64,000 nucleotides of DNA from Candidatus Desulfarcum epimagneticum (GCA_900659855.1 CAACVI010000045.1:60985-124984), one strand, 5' to 3'. Numbered from the stretch's first letter, positions 45,813 to 55,094 are shown. Numbers and translations: made by a program. Notes: generated from the sequence alone by a model not told the origin.

Positions 45813-46355
45813 TTTTTTCCCCCGGGCGCCCGCGCCCGCTTCCCACGCCTTTTTGACCGCCTCGATCTTTTCCTGAAAGGCGCCCCCAAAAGACCCGGAA
45901 AACATCTCAAACGCCTTTTCGGACACGTTGAACACATGGGGGGCCAGCCGGGAATCCCGGACCATTCCGGGGCCGCCCGGCAAAAACAGGATCATGGCGC
46001 TGAGCGCCACCCAGACCGCCAGAATCCCTTTCATCGTTCCCAAAAGCCCCCCCATGGCCCGGTCCATGGCCCCAAGGGAAACGGCCCGGGCCAGACGCCG
46101 GATGGCCGCGCCGGACAGACTCGCCGCCGCCACGACCCCCAGGAAAATCCCGGCGAACCCCAGTATCTTGGAATACGCCAGGACCGGGAACGCGGCTTTG
46201 ATGAAAGCGGCTGCCTCCTCAAAATAGGCCCAGGCCAGAAACAGCCCCCCCAAAATTCCCGCGATGGAGGCGATCTCCCGGATAAACCCCCGAAAAAAAC
46301 CCCGGGCCACGCAAAACACCCCCGCGGCCGCTATTCCCATATCCACCGGATTCAT
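45810..46355 (-). CDS. cvpA: CvpA-family membrane protein
   Basis: The internal ATG gives MNPVDMGIAAAGVFCVARGFFRGFIREI, a CvpA-like N-terminus, with four TM segments. Confidence 0.75.
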   Translation of the reverse strand: MNPVDMGIAAAGVFCVARGFFRGFIREIASIAGILGGLFLAWAYFEEAAAFIKAAFPVLAYSKILGFAGIFLGVVAAASLSGAAIRRLARAVSLGAMDRAMGGLLGTMKGILAVWVALSAMILFLPGGPGMVRDSRLAPHVFNVSEKAFEMFSGSFGGAFQEKIEAVKKAWEAGAGARGKK

Positions 46356-46713
46356 AATGATTCCATTAAACCCCACGCGCTTAAATAAACTCTCTCCCAT
46401 TCAAACAAAGCCTGACGGCCAAACAAATCCCGGCGGGCGGCCGGAAAGGATCGCCCATAGTCAAAAACCCTGTAAACTCAATTTTTTATGCTAACAGGCC
46501 CCAAAAAATCCGTCAAGCTGTTTTTTGCGGCGATTTTCATGAAAAAGACTTTTAAATTTTATATCACAGCCCGCGCCCCTTCACAAGATGGATTTTCGCC
46601 TTGACCCCTCGCGCCCGGCTGGTGTAAGGAGATGGGGCGAAACCATTGGGAAAGATCGGGCGGCCCCCTCCCCCCAAAAAAATAAAACGCCCGGCGCGCA
46701 AAGCGAGTGTCAC

Positions 46714-47718
46714 ATGAAAAAAATTCTCATTATCAAATTTTCGGCCATCGGCGATGTGTTCATGGCCATGCCCCATATAGACGCCATTTTGTCCGCCCAC
46801 AAAAAGGATGAGGTGTGGCTATTGACCAGCCGCCTGTTTATGGATTTTTTCGCCCGCCATCCCCGCTTAAAGGCTGTGGAGCTGGACCCGGGCCGCCGGA
46901 TTTCAAAAAACAGCGCCCTGGGCAGAACGCTGTGGGCGCGAAGGCAAAAATTCGACGCGGTGTGCGATCTCCAGGGCAACCGGGTCAGCCGCCGGATCGC
47001 CCGCCACTCCGGGGCGCCGGTCCGGGCCGGCACCCAGCCTTCCGGCGCCTACAACTTTCATCCTGAGCGCCCCTACACCAACCAGAGCCGGACACATGTG
47101 ACCGGGCGTCTGGACGAGACCCTGGAATCGGCGGGCCTGCCCCGGTCCGGGAAGGGTTTTTCGGCGTATCCCTCGCCGGAAGATGAAAAGAAAGTGGCGG
47201 AGTGGAAAGAAAAAAACGGGGTCGCGGACGGCGGGCACGCCATTTTGCACGCCGGGTCCAGCAAAGGGTGGGAATCCAAAAGATGGCCCGGCTCCCATTA
47301 CCGGGACCTGGCTTTGAGGCTGGAGGCCGAAGGCGTCCGGTGCGTATGGGTCGGGGGCCGGGAGGACCGGGAAATCAACCGGGAAATGGCCCGGTGGGCG
47401 GGCATCGACGCCACGGGCCATTTTTCGCTCATGGGGCTTTACCTGATGGGGAAAAACGCGAAACTCGCGGTGTGCAATGACTCGGCGCCCATGCACATCA
47501 TGGCGGCGGCGGGCGCCCCCACCTACGGTTTTTTCGGCCCCACCAGCTGGATGAAAAACCACGCGTCGGGGCAGCGGCGCCGGGTCATCCAAAACGACTC
47601 CCCCTGCTCCCCGTGCTTTTCAGGCAAATGCCCGCCGGACCGGAATCACATGTGTCTGGACGCCATTTCTCCCGGCGAGGTTTTTGACACAATCCGCCGG
47701 GACCTTCCCCTTTCGTAA
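46714..47718 (+). CDS. Glycosyltransferase family 9 (heptosyltransferase-like)
   Basis: MKKILIIKFSAIGDVFMAMP is a canonical GT9 start. C-terminal CNDSAPMH motif. Confidence 0.82.
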   Translation: MKKILIIKFSAIGDVFMAMPHIDAILSAHKKDEVWLLTSRLFMDFFARHPRLKAVELDPGRRISKNSALGRTLWARRQKFDAVCDLQGNRVSRRIARHSGAPVRAGTQPSGAYNFHPERPYTNQSRTHVTGRLDETLESAGLPRSGKGFSAYPSPEDEKKVAEWKEKNGVADGGHAILHAGSSKGWESKRWPGSHYRDLALRLEAEGVRCVWVGGREDREINREMARWAGIDATGHFSLMGLYLMGKNAKLAVCNDSAPMHIMAAAGAPTYGFFGPTSWMKNHASGQRRRVIQNDSPCSPCFSGKCPPDRNHMCLDAISPGEVFDTIRRDLPLS

Positions 47719-47735
47719 AAAAAGACCTTCTTTTT

Positions 47736-48275
47736 TTATTCGAAAAGCGTCTTAAACTCCCCGTGCCCTTCTTTTTCCAGGTCCCGGACAGGGACAAACC
47801 GCAGCGACGCCGAATTCATGCAGTACCGGAGCCCCGTGGGCTGGGGACCGTCGTCAAAGACATGGCCCAGGTGGGAATCGGCGTGTTTGCTCCTGACCTC
47901 TGTCCGGGTCACGAACAGTTTCCGGTCCTTTTTTTCCACAATGTTCTCCGGGGAAAGGGGACGGGTGAAACTCGGCCAGCCGGTCCCGGATTTGTACTTG
48001 TCCAGGGAGCTGAAAAGGGGCTCTCCGGACACGATGTCCACGTAAATCCCGGGCTCTTTGTGGTCCCAGAACTCGTTGTCAAAGGGCCGCTCCGTTCCGT
48101 CCTCCTGGGTGACCCGGTATTGCAGCGGCGTTAAGCGTTTTTTAAGCGCCTGTCTGCTGAAACGTTTCTGTTTCTCCATTTTTGCCTCCCCCGATTCCCG
48201 GCACGAGGCGTCGCCCGGAATCAAGCCGGCCGCGAAAAGCGCCAGCGCTCCCAACAATAGACTGGTCTTAAACAT
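47736..48275 (-). CDS. msrB: Peptide-methionine (R)-S-oxide reductase MsrB with signal peptide
   Basis: TGWPSF and RYCMNSASL catalytic motifs. N-terminal hydrophobic signal sequence. Confidence 0.88.
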   Translation of the reverse strand: MFKTSLLLGALALFAAGLIPGDASCRESGEAKMEKQKRFSRQALKKRLTPLQYRVTQEDGTERPFDNEFWDHKEPGIYVDIVSGEPLFSSLDKYKSGTGWPSFTRPLSPENIVEKKDRKLFVTRTEVRSKHADSHLGHVFDDGPQPTGLRYCMNSASLRFVPVRDLEKEGHGEFKTLFE

Positions 48276-48290
48276 ATCATCGCCTCCTTT

Positions 48291-48953
48291 TCATTCTCCC
48301 CAAAGCTCTTTGAGGCGCCGGTCCCTTCCGCAGGACGCCCGGTAAAACTTGTACCGAAGGGGATTTTTTCTGTAATAATCCTGGTGGTAATCCTCCGCGG
48401 GGTAAAAAGTCGAGGCCGGAGCGATTTCGGTGTGAATCCGGCCCAGACGCTTCTCCATCTCTTTTCTGGAGTCCTCGGCCTGTTTTTTCTGCCCGTCATC
48501 GACGTAAAAAATCGCCGAGCGGTACTGGGTCCCGGAGTCGCAAAACTGCCTGTCCTTTGCCTGGGGATCAATGTTTCTCCAGAAAACTTCCAGCAGCTTT
48601 TCATAGCCGATTTTTTCCGGGTCATAGACAATCTCCACCGCCTCGGTGTGGCCCGTGATTCCGGCCGACACCTCCTCATAGGTGGGGTTGTCTTTGTGGC
48701 CCCCGATATAGCCGGATGTGGTGGACGCCACCCCGTCCAGTTTGTCGTAGGGCGGCTCCATGCACCAGAAACATCCCCCGGCGAACACGGCCCGCTCCAA
48801 GCCCCCGCGATTCTCATCTTTTCCCTGGGTCATCGTCGCCTCCTGACCGCCTCGCCCCGTCTTTTCATGGTCCTGTCCCCGGGAATCCACCGGTCCGAAA
48901 AAAAACGCGACCCCAAAAAAAACAAGCGCGACGGCGGGTTTGAATATTTTCAT
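48291..48953 (-). CDS. msrA: Peptide-methionine (S)-S-oxide reductase MsrA with signal peptide
   Basis: GGCFWCMEPPY active site. N-terminal signal sequence MKIFKPAVALVFFGVAFFF. Confidence 0.88.
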   Translation of the reverse strand: MKIFKPAVALVFFGVAFFFGPVDSRGQDHEKTGRGGQEATMTQGKDENRGGLERAVFAGGCFWCMEPPYDKLDGVASTTSGYIGGHKDNPTYEEVSAGITGHTEAVEIVYDPEKIGYEKLLEVFWRNIDPQAKDRQFCDSGTQYRSAIFYVDDGQKKQAEDSRKEMEKRLGRIHTEIAPASTFYPAEDYHQDYYRKNPLRYKFYRASCGRDRRLKELWGE

Positions 48954-49133
48954 GGCCCCTGTCCTTTCTTAGCATTTAATCTTACGATTTTGATCCCGCA
49001 TTTCCCGATAATGAATCATGTTCACTAAATATAAACATAACAACGAATGGGTCCAATGTCAAAAAATACGAACGTCGGAGACGCCGTCAAAATTTCCTTG
49101 AAAATTTTCCCTTCAAACGATATCCTGCTTTCC

Positions 49134-50270
49134 ATGACTCAATCCAAACTCACCGTTGTCCAGACGCTTCCCGAGCTTGAAAGCGGCGGGGTGGAGCGCG
49201 GGACCCTGGAAATCAGCCGCCATCTTCTCCAAAAAGGCCACCGCTCCATCGTCGTCTCCGGCGGGGGGCGCCTGGTTTCGGAGCTTGAAAAATCCGGGGG
49301 GGAGCATGTGACATGGCCTGTGGGCGCCAAGAGCCCCCGGGCGATTCCATGCGTGTTCGCCCTTCGGTCTTTCCTGGTCCGGGAAAAGGTCGATGTCCTG
49401 CATCTTCGCTCCCGGGTCCCGGCCTGGATCGGCCTTACGGCCGTCAAAACCATTCCCAAAAGCAAACGCCCGGCGCTGGTGACCACCTTTCACGGTTTTT
49501 ATTCCGTCCACCGATTCAGCGCCGTGATGACCAAAGGCGACAAAGTCATCGCCATCTCAAAAACCATCGCCGATCACATCCAGAAAGAATACGGGGTTCC
49601 GGGCCATCGCCTGACCCTGATCCACAGGGGATTTGATGAAGAGACTTTCGACCCGGACCGGGTTTCCCCGGACCGGATTAAAGCGGTGAAAAGAAAATGG
49701 GGGCTTGAAGAAGACCCGGGGCCGGTCATCATTCTCCCCGGTCGTCTGACCCGGTGGAAGGGGCAGGACGTTTTCATCAAAAGCCTGGCGCGTCTTGACC
49801 CAGGCCTTGCCTGGCGGGCGGTCTGCGTGGGGGATGTCCGCGAGAACCCGGCCTGGGCCCGGACGCTTGAAGGGCTGATCCGGCGCCATGATCTTTCCGG
49901 ACGAGTCATTCTCGGGGGCCATTGCGCGGACATGCCCGCCGCGCTCATGGCCGCGGACATCGTGGTGTCGGCCTCCTCCACCCAGCCCGAGGCGTTCGGC
50001 CGCGTGGCGGTGGAGGCCCAGGCCATGGCCCGGCCCATCATCGCCACGGCCCACGGGGGAAGCCTGGAAACCGTCAAAGACCGGGAAACGGGGCGGCTTG
50101 TCCCGCCGGAAGATGTCGGGGAAATGGCCGGCGCGCTGTCCGAAGTCCTTTCAGACCGGGGCCTTCGGGAAGCATATGGAAAAAACGGTCAAAAGCGGGT
50201 CCGGCGGCTGTTCACCGCCCGGATCATGTGCGAAAAGACCCTTGAGGTGTATCATGAGGTGGTGTCATGA
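49134..50270 (+). CDS. Glycosyltransferase family 4 (GT-B, GT1-type)
   Basis: The internal ATG gives MTQSKLTVVQTLPELESGGVERG. C-terminal EAFGRVAVEAQAMARPIIA (E-x7-E region). Confidence 0.82.
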   Translation: MTQSKLTVVQTLPELESGGVERGTLEISRHLLQKGHRSIVVSGGGRLVSELEKSGGEHVTWPVGAKSPRAIPCVFALRSFLVREKVDVLHLRSRVPAWIGLTAVKTIPKSKRPALVTTFHGFYSVHRFSAVMTKGDKVIAISKTIADHIQKEYGVPGHRLTLIHRGFDEETFDPDRVSPDRIKAVKRKWGLEEDPGPVIILPGRLTRWKGQDVFIKSLARLDPGLAWRAVCVGDVRENPAWARTLEGLIRRHDLSGRVILGGHCADMPAALMAADIVVSASSTQPEAFGRVAVEAQAMARPIIATAHGGSLETVKDRETGRLVPPEDVGEMAGALSEVLSDRGLREAYGKNGQKRVRRLFTARIMCEKTLEVYHEVVS

Positions 50271-51778
50271 GGTTTTGGGCATGAGGCGGCCAGGGATGAA
50301 AAAAGCCCCATGACCTCCTCCAGGGTTTTTTGGACGCCTTCGGGGCTTTTGTCAAAGGCCATGACCGTTTTCACCGGCGCCTGTCCCAAAGGCGTCCATC
50401 TTTGGATGAAAACCGGCGGGGTGTCATCCGCGAAAACGTCGATCAGAGGAACCCGGCAGGCCGCCGCGATGTGCTGATTGGACGAGTCGTATCCCACATG
50501 GACATCGGACTCGGCGATGAGCGCGCAGTAAACCGGAAGGGGCCCCTGCCAGGCGATGATGTCCGGCGCGTCTCCAGTGACCGCGGGGCCGGGATCATCC
50601 CCTTCCAGCTCCGCCACGGAAAACGACCCGGACAGCCGGTCCAATATCCGGGCGGACCGGGTCTGCTCCTCTTTGCCGGCGCCTTTAAAGTATAAAACCG
50701 TCACGTTCTTTTCCCGGGCCATCCGCCGGATCAGCCCCGCCTCAAACTCTTTGCCCAGCCGTTTGTCGTCATTGCCCCCCACCCCGAAGGCCACGGTGGC
50801 CAGAATGCGACCCCGGGCTTTTTTTCTCACGGCGCGGGCAAAATCAACGGCGCCCTTTGGCGGCCGGATAAAGGGAAGCGCGTCGCCGCCCCCGAAAACG
50901 TCCCGCATCCACCGGCTCGTCAGGGCGCTGACGGTATCCGCGCCCAGGGCCTGAAAGGACCGGCTTTGAAAAAAAAGACAACGGCCGGGGTCTTCGGCCA
51001 TGGGAAGATGGCCCAGCTGGGAAAACCTGGAGTCCGGGTCCAGGACGATAAACTCCGGCGAATCCAGCCCCCGGATTTCATCGTCCACGATCTCAAGCGC
51101 GGCCGTCCAGATTCCCAGCCGGTCAAACAAAGACCCGCCCGAGGGATAGGGGCAATGCCGGACACGAAAGCGCGCCACATCGTGGAAAACGCCGGACATG
51201 GCGCCGTCGCCGATGAGAACCGCCTCGGCGTTGGGGCACGCCTCCAGGATTTTGCCGATGGCCACGCTCGTGACGGCGATCTCGGCGCCCAGGGACACCC
51301 GGCTTAAAATCAGACATTTTTTAACGGCCTTGAGCTCTTTTTCTTCAAAAGGTCTGTTCAAACCGGACATGTCTTTTTTTCTTTGAATCAGCTCTTTTTC
51401 CCCGAAAAGCCCGAAACGGTCCAGCGCCCGGTCGATCTCTTTTCCCCGAAGACGGCCCCGGGCGAACTGGATGATTTTCACAAAGGCCATGTCGTAAAGC
51501 GCGCAGGCGTCGGGGTCGAATGAGTCCGAAAGACGCTCGGCCAGAAGCCTGAAAAGCCCGGTCTCGCCGGTTTTGGACACGGCCGGGTCCGGGTGGGCCG
51601 CCAGCGCGCACAGGGCGCCCAGGGCGTCGTCATGGGAGTCCCTGTCCTTGAAAAATCGCTCCACATAGGCCAGAGACGCGCCCGAGGCGATCTCCCAGGC
51701 CGAATCTTCGTTCAAACGCCCGGAGGACTCCAGGGATCTCAGCTGTTTTTCGTATGAATGGGAAAGGGTGTCAGGCAT
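50252..51778 (-). CDS. Hypothetical protein with GT9-like (heptosyltransferase-fold) C-terminal region
   Basis: 509 aa. The motifs SRVSLGAEI, GVGGNDDKR and GYDSSNQH resemble the GT9 fold. The N-terminal 150 aa are unassigned. Start set at the ATG overlapping the fetB-like stop. Confidence 0.5.
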   Translation of the reverse strand: MPDTLSHSYEKQLRSLESSGRLNEDSAWEIASGASLAYVERFFKDRDSHDDALGALCALAAHPDPAVSKTGETGLFRLLAERLSDSFDPDACALYDMAFVKIIQFARGRLRGKEIDRALDRFGLFGEKELIQRKKDMSGLNRPFEEKELKAVKKCLILSRVSLGAEIAVTSVAIGKILEACPNAEAVLIGDGAMSGVFHDVARFRVRHCPYPSGGSLFDRLGIWTAALEIVDDEIRGLDSPEFIVLDPDSRFSQLGHLPMAEDPGRCLFFQSRSFQALGADTVSALTSRWMRDVFGGGDALPFIRPPKGAVDFARAVRKKARGRILATVAFGVGGNDDKRLGKEFEAGLIRRMAREKNVTVLYFKGAGKEEQTRSARILDRLSGSFSVAELEGDDPGPAVTGDAPDIIAWQGPLPVYCALIAESDVHVGYDSSNQHIAAACRVPLIDVFADDTPPVFIQRWTPLGQAPVKTVMAFDKSPEGVQKTLEEVMGLFSSLAASCPKPHDTTS

Positions 51779-52523
51779 CTTTTCTCTTCTCGGGGCCGGC
51801 GCCTTTGATGAAAATCCCGGGCGCTTTTTTGGCAAGGGAAAACAAAAACAAGGCCGATGATATCCCGGATGCGCCGTAAACCATGCACATCACCATGATC
51901 TGGTAGCGCGCCGCCAGAAGCGGGGAGGCGCCGGTCAGGATCTGCCCGGTCATCATGCCGGGGATGGCCACAAGACCCACGGCGAAAAGCGAGTTGGTGA
52001 TGGGAATCAGCGAGGCCCTGAAGGCGATGGACCGGGCCTCCCCGGGCAGGACGCCCCGCTTGATCTCGGCGCCCATCCGGTCCGCCGCCAGGCTCACGCT
52101 GTTCATGGCGTTTGAAAAAATCATCCCGGCCAAAGGAATCAGGTACCGGGGCAGATGCCAGGGGTCGAGACGGAGAACCCCGACGACCACCAGGGCCAGG
52201 ACCAGGCCCCCGCCCGCGGTGATGGAGATAAGGGCCCGTCCGTAAAGGGCCGCCCGACTCGCCCGGACGGTCCTGAGCGCGATCCAGCTTGAGACCAGGA
52301 CCATGACGGAAAGAACGCCCAGGATGATCCACACCTGGTCGGATTCAAACAGAAAAACCAGGAAATACCCGATCAGAAGGAGCTGGCCCAGCATGCGGGA
52401 GAGTCCGTGGATCGCGTTTCGATAATTCAGCCCCCACCGCCACAAAACGCATATGACCGCCAGCGCCGGAATAAACGCCAGCGCCAGCTGGGCCAGGGGA
52501 AGGGCCTGGACGGAGTGAGTCAT
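51771..52523 (-). CDS. fetB: UPF0014/FetB(YbbM)-family ABC-type permease
   Basis: IPLAGMIFSNAMN, GLVAIPGMMTGQIL and RYQIMV match E. coli FetB motifs. No cognate ATPase gene is adjacent. Confidence 0.75.
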   Translation of the reverse strand: MTHSVQALPLAQLALAFIPALAVICVLWRWGLNYRNAIHGLSRMLGQLLLIGYFLVFLFESDQVWIILGVLSVMVLVSSWIALRTVRASRAALYGRALISITAGGGLVLALVVVGVLRLDPWHLPRYLIPLAGMIFSNAMNSVSLAADRMGAEIKRGVLPGEARSIAFRASLIPITNSLFAVGLVAIPGMMTGQILTGASPLLAARYQIMVMCMVYGASGISSALFLFSLAKKAPGIFIKGAGPEKRKDA

Positions 52524-52551
52524 GGGGCCTCTTTTGGGATGGTTTGACTTT

Positions 52552-52749
52552 TCATCCGCGTAGATCTCTTACATAGCCATTCACATTTCGCGTTCCATCA
52601 TGGTCTTTCCAGATGCCGAACAATCTGTTTTTTTCCCGATCCGGATCCGCCTCAATCCGAATCAAATACCGTTCGTTGGGCAATAAATCAACCTTTCCCT
52701 CCGGAATAAGCACATGCCCGTCATATGTCGCATACAGTGTTTGTGTCAT
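52552..52749 (-). CDS. DUF104-type antitoxin-like protein, orphan (no adjacent toxin)
   Basis: MTQTLYATYDGHVLIPEGKVDLLPNERYLIRIEA is near-identical to the N-terminus of 53794..54024. The C-terminal halves differ. Confidence 0.6.
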   Translation of the reverse strand: MTQTLYATYDGHVLIPEGKVDLLPNERYLIRIEADPDREKNRLFGIWKDHDGTRNVNGYVRDLRG

Positions 52750-52798
52750 AAAATGTACGCCTTCTACATTTTTCACTTTCATATCATATAGTTACTTT

Positions 52799-53155
52799 TT
52801 ATTTCCTTATTTCTCTTCTCTTCCCCAAGTATGTGCATACTGCGTGCATAGAACCACTTTCAGTGTTGCCCTTGTCAATAGGGCCGATAACAGTGACCGG
52901 ATATTTGAGATCGCACAGTTCAGATATCTCGTTGCTAAGATACATAGATTCTCTGCCAAGGCCCGTATGATCATATGAAATAATTGTTAGAGCATCGCCT
53001 GACTGGCATGGCTGGCCTTCAAAGCCAGGGCCATATATCGGCGTTTTCTGCCCAGACTGTCTCATAACTCCGCCAAAGTAGGCGCAGTAGTATTCACTAT
53101 CCGCGAAAGCATTGGTGGCCGAAAAGAAGATGACAATAAATAATATATATTTCAT
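52799..53155 (-). CDS. Hypothetical exported protein
   Basis: Signal peptide MKYILFIVIFFSATNAFA. No recognisable domain. Confidence 0.45.
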   Translation of the reverse strand: MKYILFIVIFFSATNAFADSEYYCAYFGGVMRQSGQKTPIYGPGFEGQPCQSGDALTIISYDHTGLGRESMYLSNEISELCDLKYPVTVIGPIDKGNTESGSMHAVCTYLGKRREIRK

Positions 53156-53217
53156 GCGACCCTTTTTATAAAACATTGCACATTATTGTACAGGTTCCGT
53201 ATATTTTTCAGCTCGCA

Positions 53218-53327
53218 GGTTGGGTTAAGCGTAGCGCAACCCAACTGATTTTATTCGTTATTAACTTGCGTTATCGTAACATATACTGTTGGGTTTCGTC
53301 CCTCAACCCAACCCACTGAACTACGGA
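53218..53327. repeat. Two GTTGGGTT...AACCCAAC hairpins plus a conserved block of about 60 bp shared with 54112..54173
   Basis: Hairpins at 53218-53245 and 53288-53312. The block TTATTAACTTGCGTTATCGTAACATATACTGTTGGGTTTCGTCCCTCAACCCAACC recurs downstream of the next TA operon. Confidence 0.75.
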
Positions 53328-53380
53328 ACCAATGGCCGGCGCGGCTTTTTCCGGCTGTCGCATTTTTCGTCAATATGGTT

Positions 53381-53797
53381 TCATCTTCGGAGATCACGCA
53401 ACAAAGCCTTGAATCCCGCCTGCTCAAAATGATGATCGGTCGTCAACACGTCTGTCATTTTTCGTTCCTTCATCACTGCGATGGAAATACAATCCGTAAG
53501 ACCCCATTCTTTGTCCATTCGTAAAGAATAGAGATTCAGAGCCGTTGAAAACAACTCAGGACTTACTGAAAGGACTTCCACATCTTCATCATTTTGAAGA
53601 TCATTCAGCGTGTCAACCGCCAGCTCACGCCATTGGATTTTGGCCAGCGCATTGCCTATTTCAGTTAAAACAGCTTCGGTCGTGATCAGTTTCCCGTGAA
53701 TTTCATCAGCCAGCGTCAAAGCTTGTTGATGGAATTCGTCGTGGGAGTTAAGCAAAGCCAGTAAATAGCTGGTATCCAAAAAAACAGGCTTAATCAT
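53381..53797 (-). CDS. vapC: PIN-domain toxin (VapC family)
   Basis: MIKPVFLDTSYLLALLN...TDCISIAVM...VLTTDHHF. Conserved acidic PIN residues. 4-nt overlap with the antitoxin gene. Confidence 0.88.
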   Translation of the reverse strand: MIKPVFLDTSYLLALLNSHDEFHQQALTLADEIHGKLITTEAVLTEIGNALAKIQWRELAVDTLNDLQNDEDVEVLSVSPELFSTALNLYSLRMDKEWGLTDCISIAVMKERKMTDVLTTDHHFEQAGFKALLRDLRR

Positions 53798-54024
53798 CGT
53801 TTTTCGGTTCCATAAAGGTAATGATCATGTTGCTCGGCCAGATCGGAGATTTCCAAATCCATGGCTCTTGCCGATATCCGCTTCAGGATTTTTTTCTTTC
53901 GCGTGATTTTCCGCTCCGACTTTGCCTCAATCCGAATGAAATACCGTTCGTTGGGCAATAAATCAACTTTTCCTTCCGGCATGAGGACACGCCCGTCATA
54001 TGTCGCATACAGTGTTTGTGTCAT
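53794..54024 (-). CDS. DUF104-type antitoxin (VapB-like partner of the PIN toxin)
   Basis: 76 aa, immediately upstream of and overlapping vapC. Confidence 0.75.
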   Translation of the reverse strand: MTQTLYATYDGRVLMPEGKVDLLPNERYFIRIEAKSERKITRKKKILKRISARAMDLEISDLAEQHDHYLYGTEKR

Positions 54025-54111
54025 GGGATATCCGCCTTTTATTCATCTGTTTATTTCCTGATTAATACCAAATCACATAACAACCGACTTGCCAAGGAAG
54101 TTAAAAATTCA

Positions 54112-54173
54112 TTATTAATTTGCGTTATCGTAACATATGATGTTGGGTTTCGTTCCTCAACCCAACCTACGGA
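54112..54173. repeat. Second copy of the conserved hairpin block (GTTGGGTT...AACCCAAC)
   Basis: ATTATTAATTTGCGTTATCGTAACATATGATGTTGGGTTTCGTTCCTCAACCCAACCTACGGA, directly 3' of the DUF3368 gene. Confidence 0.75.
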
Positions 54174-54194
54174 AGAAAACGGTTTTTCAGGAGC

Positions 54195-54491
54195 TTATCC
54201 ACACATGACCTGTTCGCCGGCAAGTCTGAGAGCCTCTTGTTTAAGCTCCTTGCTGATGTGGAAATTCTGCGTTTTCAATTTCTCAATGAAGGGTTTGACA
54301 GCCACGATGCGCTTGTGCCGTTTTGCCTTAACCAAAATTCCAACCGTCCCGATCATCCTCACTCCCAAACGCTTCGCGACTTTTCTGGCGTGACGATTAT
54401 CCAAGATGATCCGCCGGCCTTTTTCATACGCGAGGGCAATCGCCTCGGCCTCCCCATCATCAACCATAAGCTTAATAATGGACTCCTTCAT
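54195..54491 (-). CDS. DUF3368 (PIN-like) toxin homolog, apparently N-terminally short
   Basis: GEAEAIALAYEKG...ILDNRHARKVAKRLGVRMIGTVGILVKA is a DUF3368 core. At 98 aa it appears short for the family as I recall it (family length not checked). Confidence 0.65.
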   Translation of the reverse strand: MKESIIKLMVDDGEAEAIALAYEKGRRIILDNRHARKVAKRLGVRMIGTVGILVKAKRHKRIVAVKPFIEKLKTQNFHISKELKQEALRLAGEQVMCG

Positions 54492-54718
54492 TCCTCAATC
54501 TCCCGCCGCAACTCTTCGGCGTCGTAATTGCACACTGGAATCTGATATCGCCCTAAGACATCAACAAATGCCCGTTTGGAGAAATTTGCGATCTTCGCCG
54601 CTTGCCCCAAGGACACCTTGCCAACCTCAAACAGTTTTATGGCGAGCAGCGTTCGCACATCTTCCTCAGAAATACTGAGCGGCAGATTCATATTTACGGC
54701 CACCGCGTTCATACTCAA
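54488..54718 (-). CDS. UPF0175-family antitoxin
   Basis: AIKLFEVGKVSLGQAAKIANFSKRAFVDVLGRYQIP is an UPF0175 signature. ATGA overlap with the DUF3368 gene. Confidence 0.8.
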   Translation of the reverse strand: MSMNAVAVNMNLPLSISEEDVRTLLAIKLFEVGKVSLGQAAKIANFSKRAFVDVLGRYQIPVCNYDAEELRREIEE

Positions 54719-54849
54719 TGTCTCCTGTTATGATGGGTTCATTGACGCGCTTTTTCCGATTCCACATAATGGATTATACACACGAAATCTTCGCTTTCGT
54801 CAAGACAAAACCGGAGGGGAAACGCTCTGGGAACGTCTGAATCCGCATA

Positions 54850-55006
54850 GGGCTCGCTCAAAAATAACTTTACATTTTGGAAGCCAATTCATCCTGCCTG
54901 ACCGCGTTATGAAAACTCGGCATATCCCGATATGCCTTAAGTTTTCACGCCTTGTCAGACAGGCGACTTAACTCCCAAAATTGTAAATTAATTTTTGAGC
55001 GAACCC
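54850..55006. mobile_element. MITE-like element family 2, copy B (157 bp)
   Basis: Only about 3 substitutions relative to 45344..45500. Confidence 0.8.
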
Positions 55007-55010
55007 ATAG

Positions 55011-55078
55011 GAATTTTTAGCTTAGCCATCCCAAGCTTTTTTACGAGTTTATCAAATTTGATGGCGTCGTAAAAACCG
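55011..55078. repeat. Fragments of MITE family 1 (right-arm segment plus a new left end)
   Basis: GAATTTTTAGCTTAGCCATCCCAAGCTTTTTTACGAGTTTATCAA followed by ATTTGATGGCGTCGTAAAAACC. Compare 38990..39036. Confidence 0.6.
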
Positions 55079-55094
55079 GGTGAGACGGCATCGT

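Noticed and set aside
46400-46713. 314-nt intergenic region upstream of the GT9 gene as a possible ncRNA or riboswitch
   Set aside because: I could not recognise any known RNA motif or convincing conserved structure by eye. The ORFs in it (46564..46800 minus strand, and the 46588 start of the plus-strand ORF) look spurious.
50252-50270. 19-nt convergent overlap of the GT4 gene and the GT9-like hypothetical
   Set aside because: Short convergent overlaps are common, and there is no additional signal.
51771-52523. FetB-like permease without its FetA ATPase partner as a possible degraded system
   Set aside because: The permease ORF is intact and well conserved, and the ATPase may be encoded elsewhere. 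The evidence is insufficient to call it anomalous from this window alone.
53218-54173. Possibility of a CRISPR array from the repeated hairpins
   Set aside because: There are only two or three copies, separated by whole genes rather than 30-40 bp spacers. Repeat lengths and spacing are irregular and there are no cas genes.
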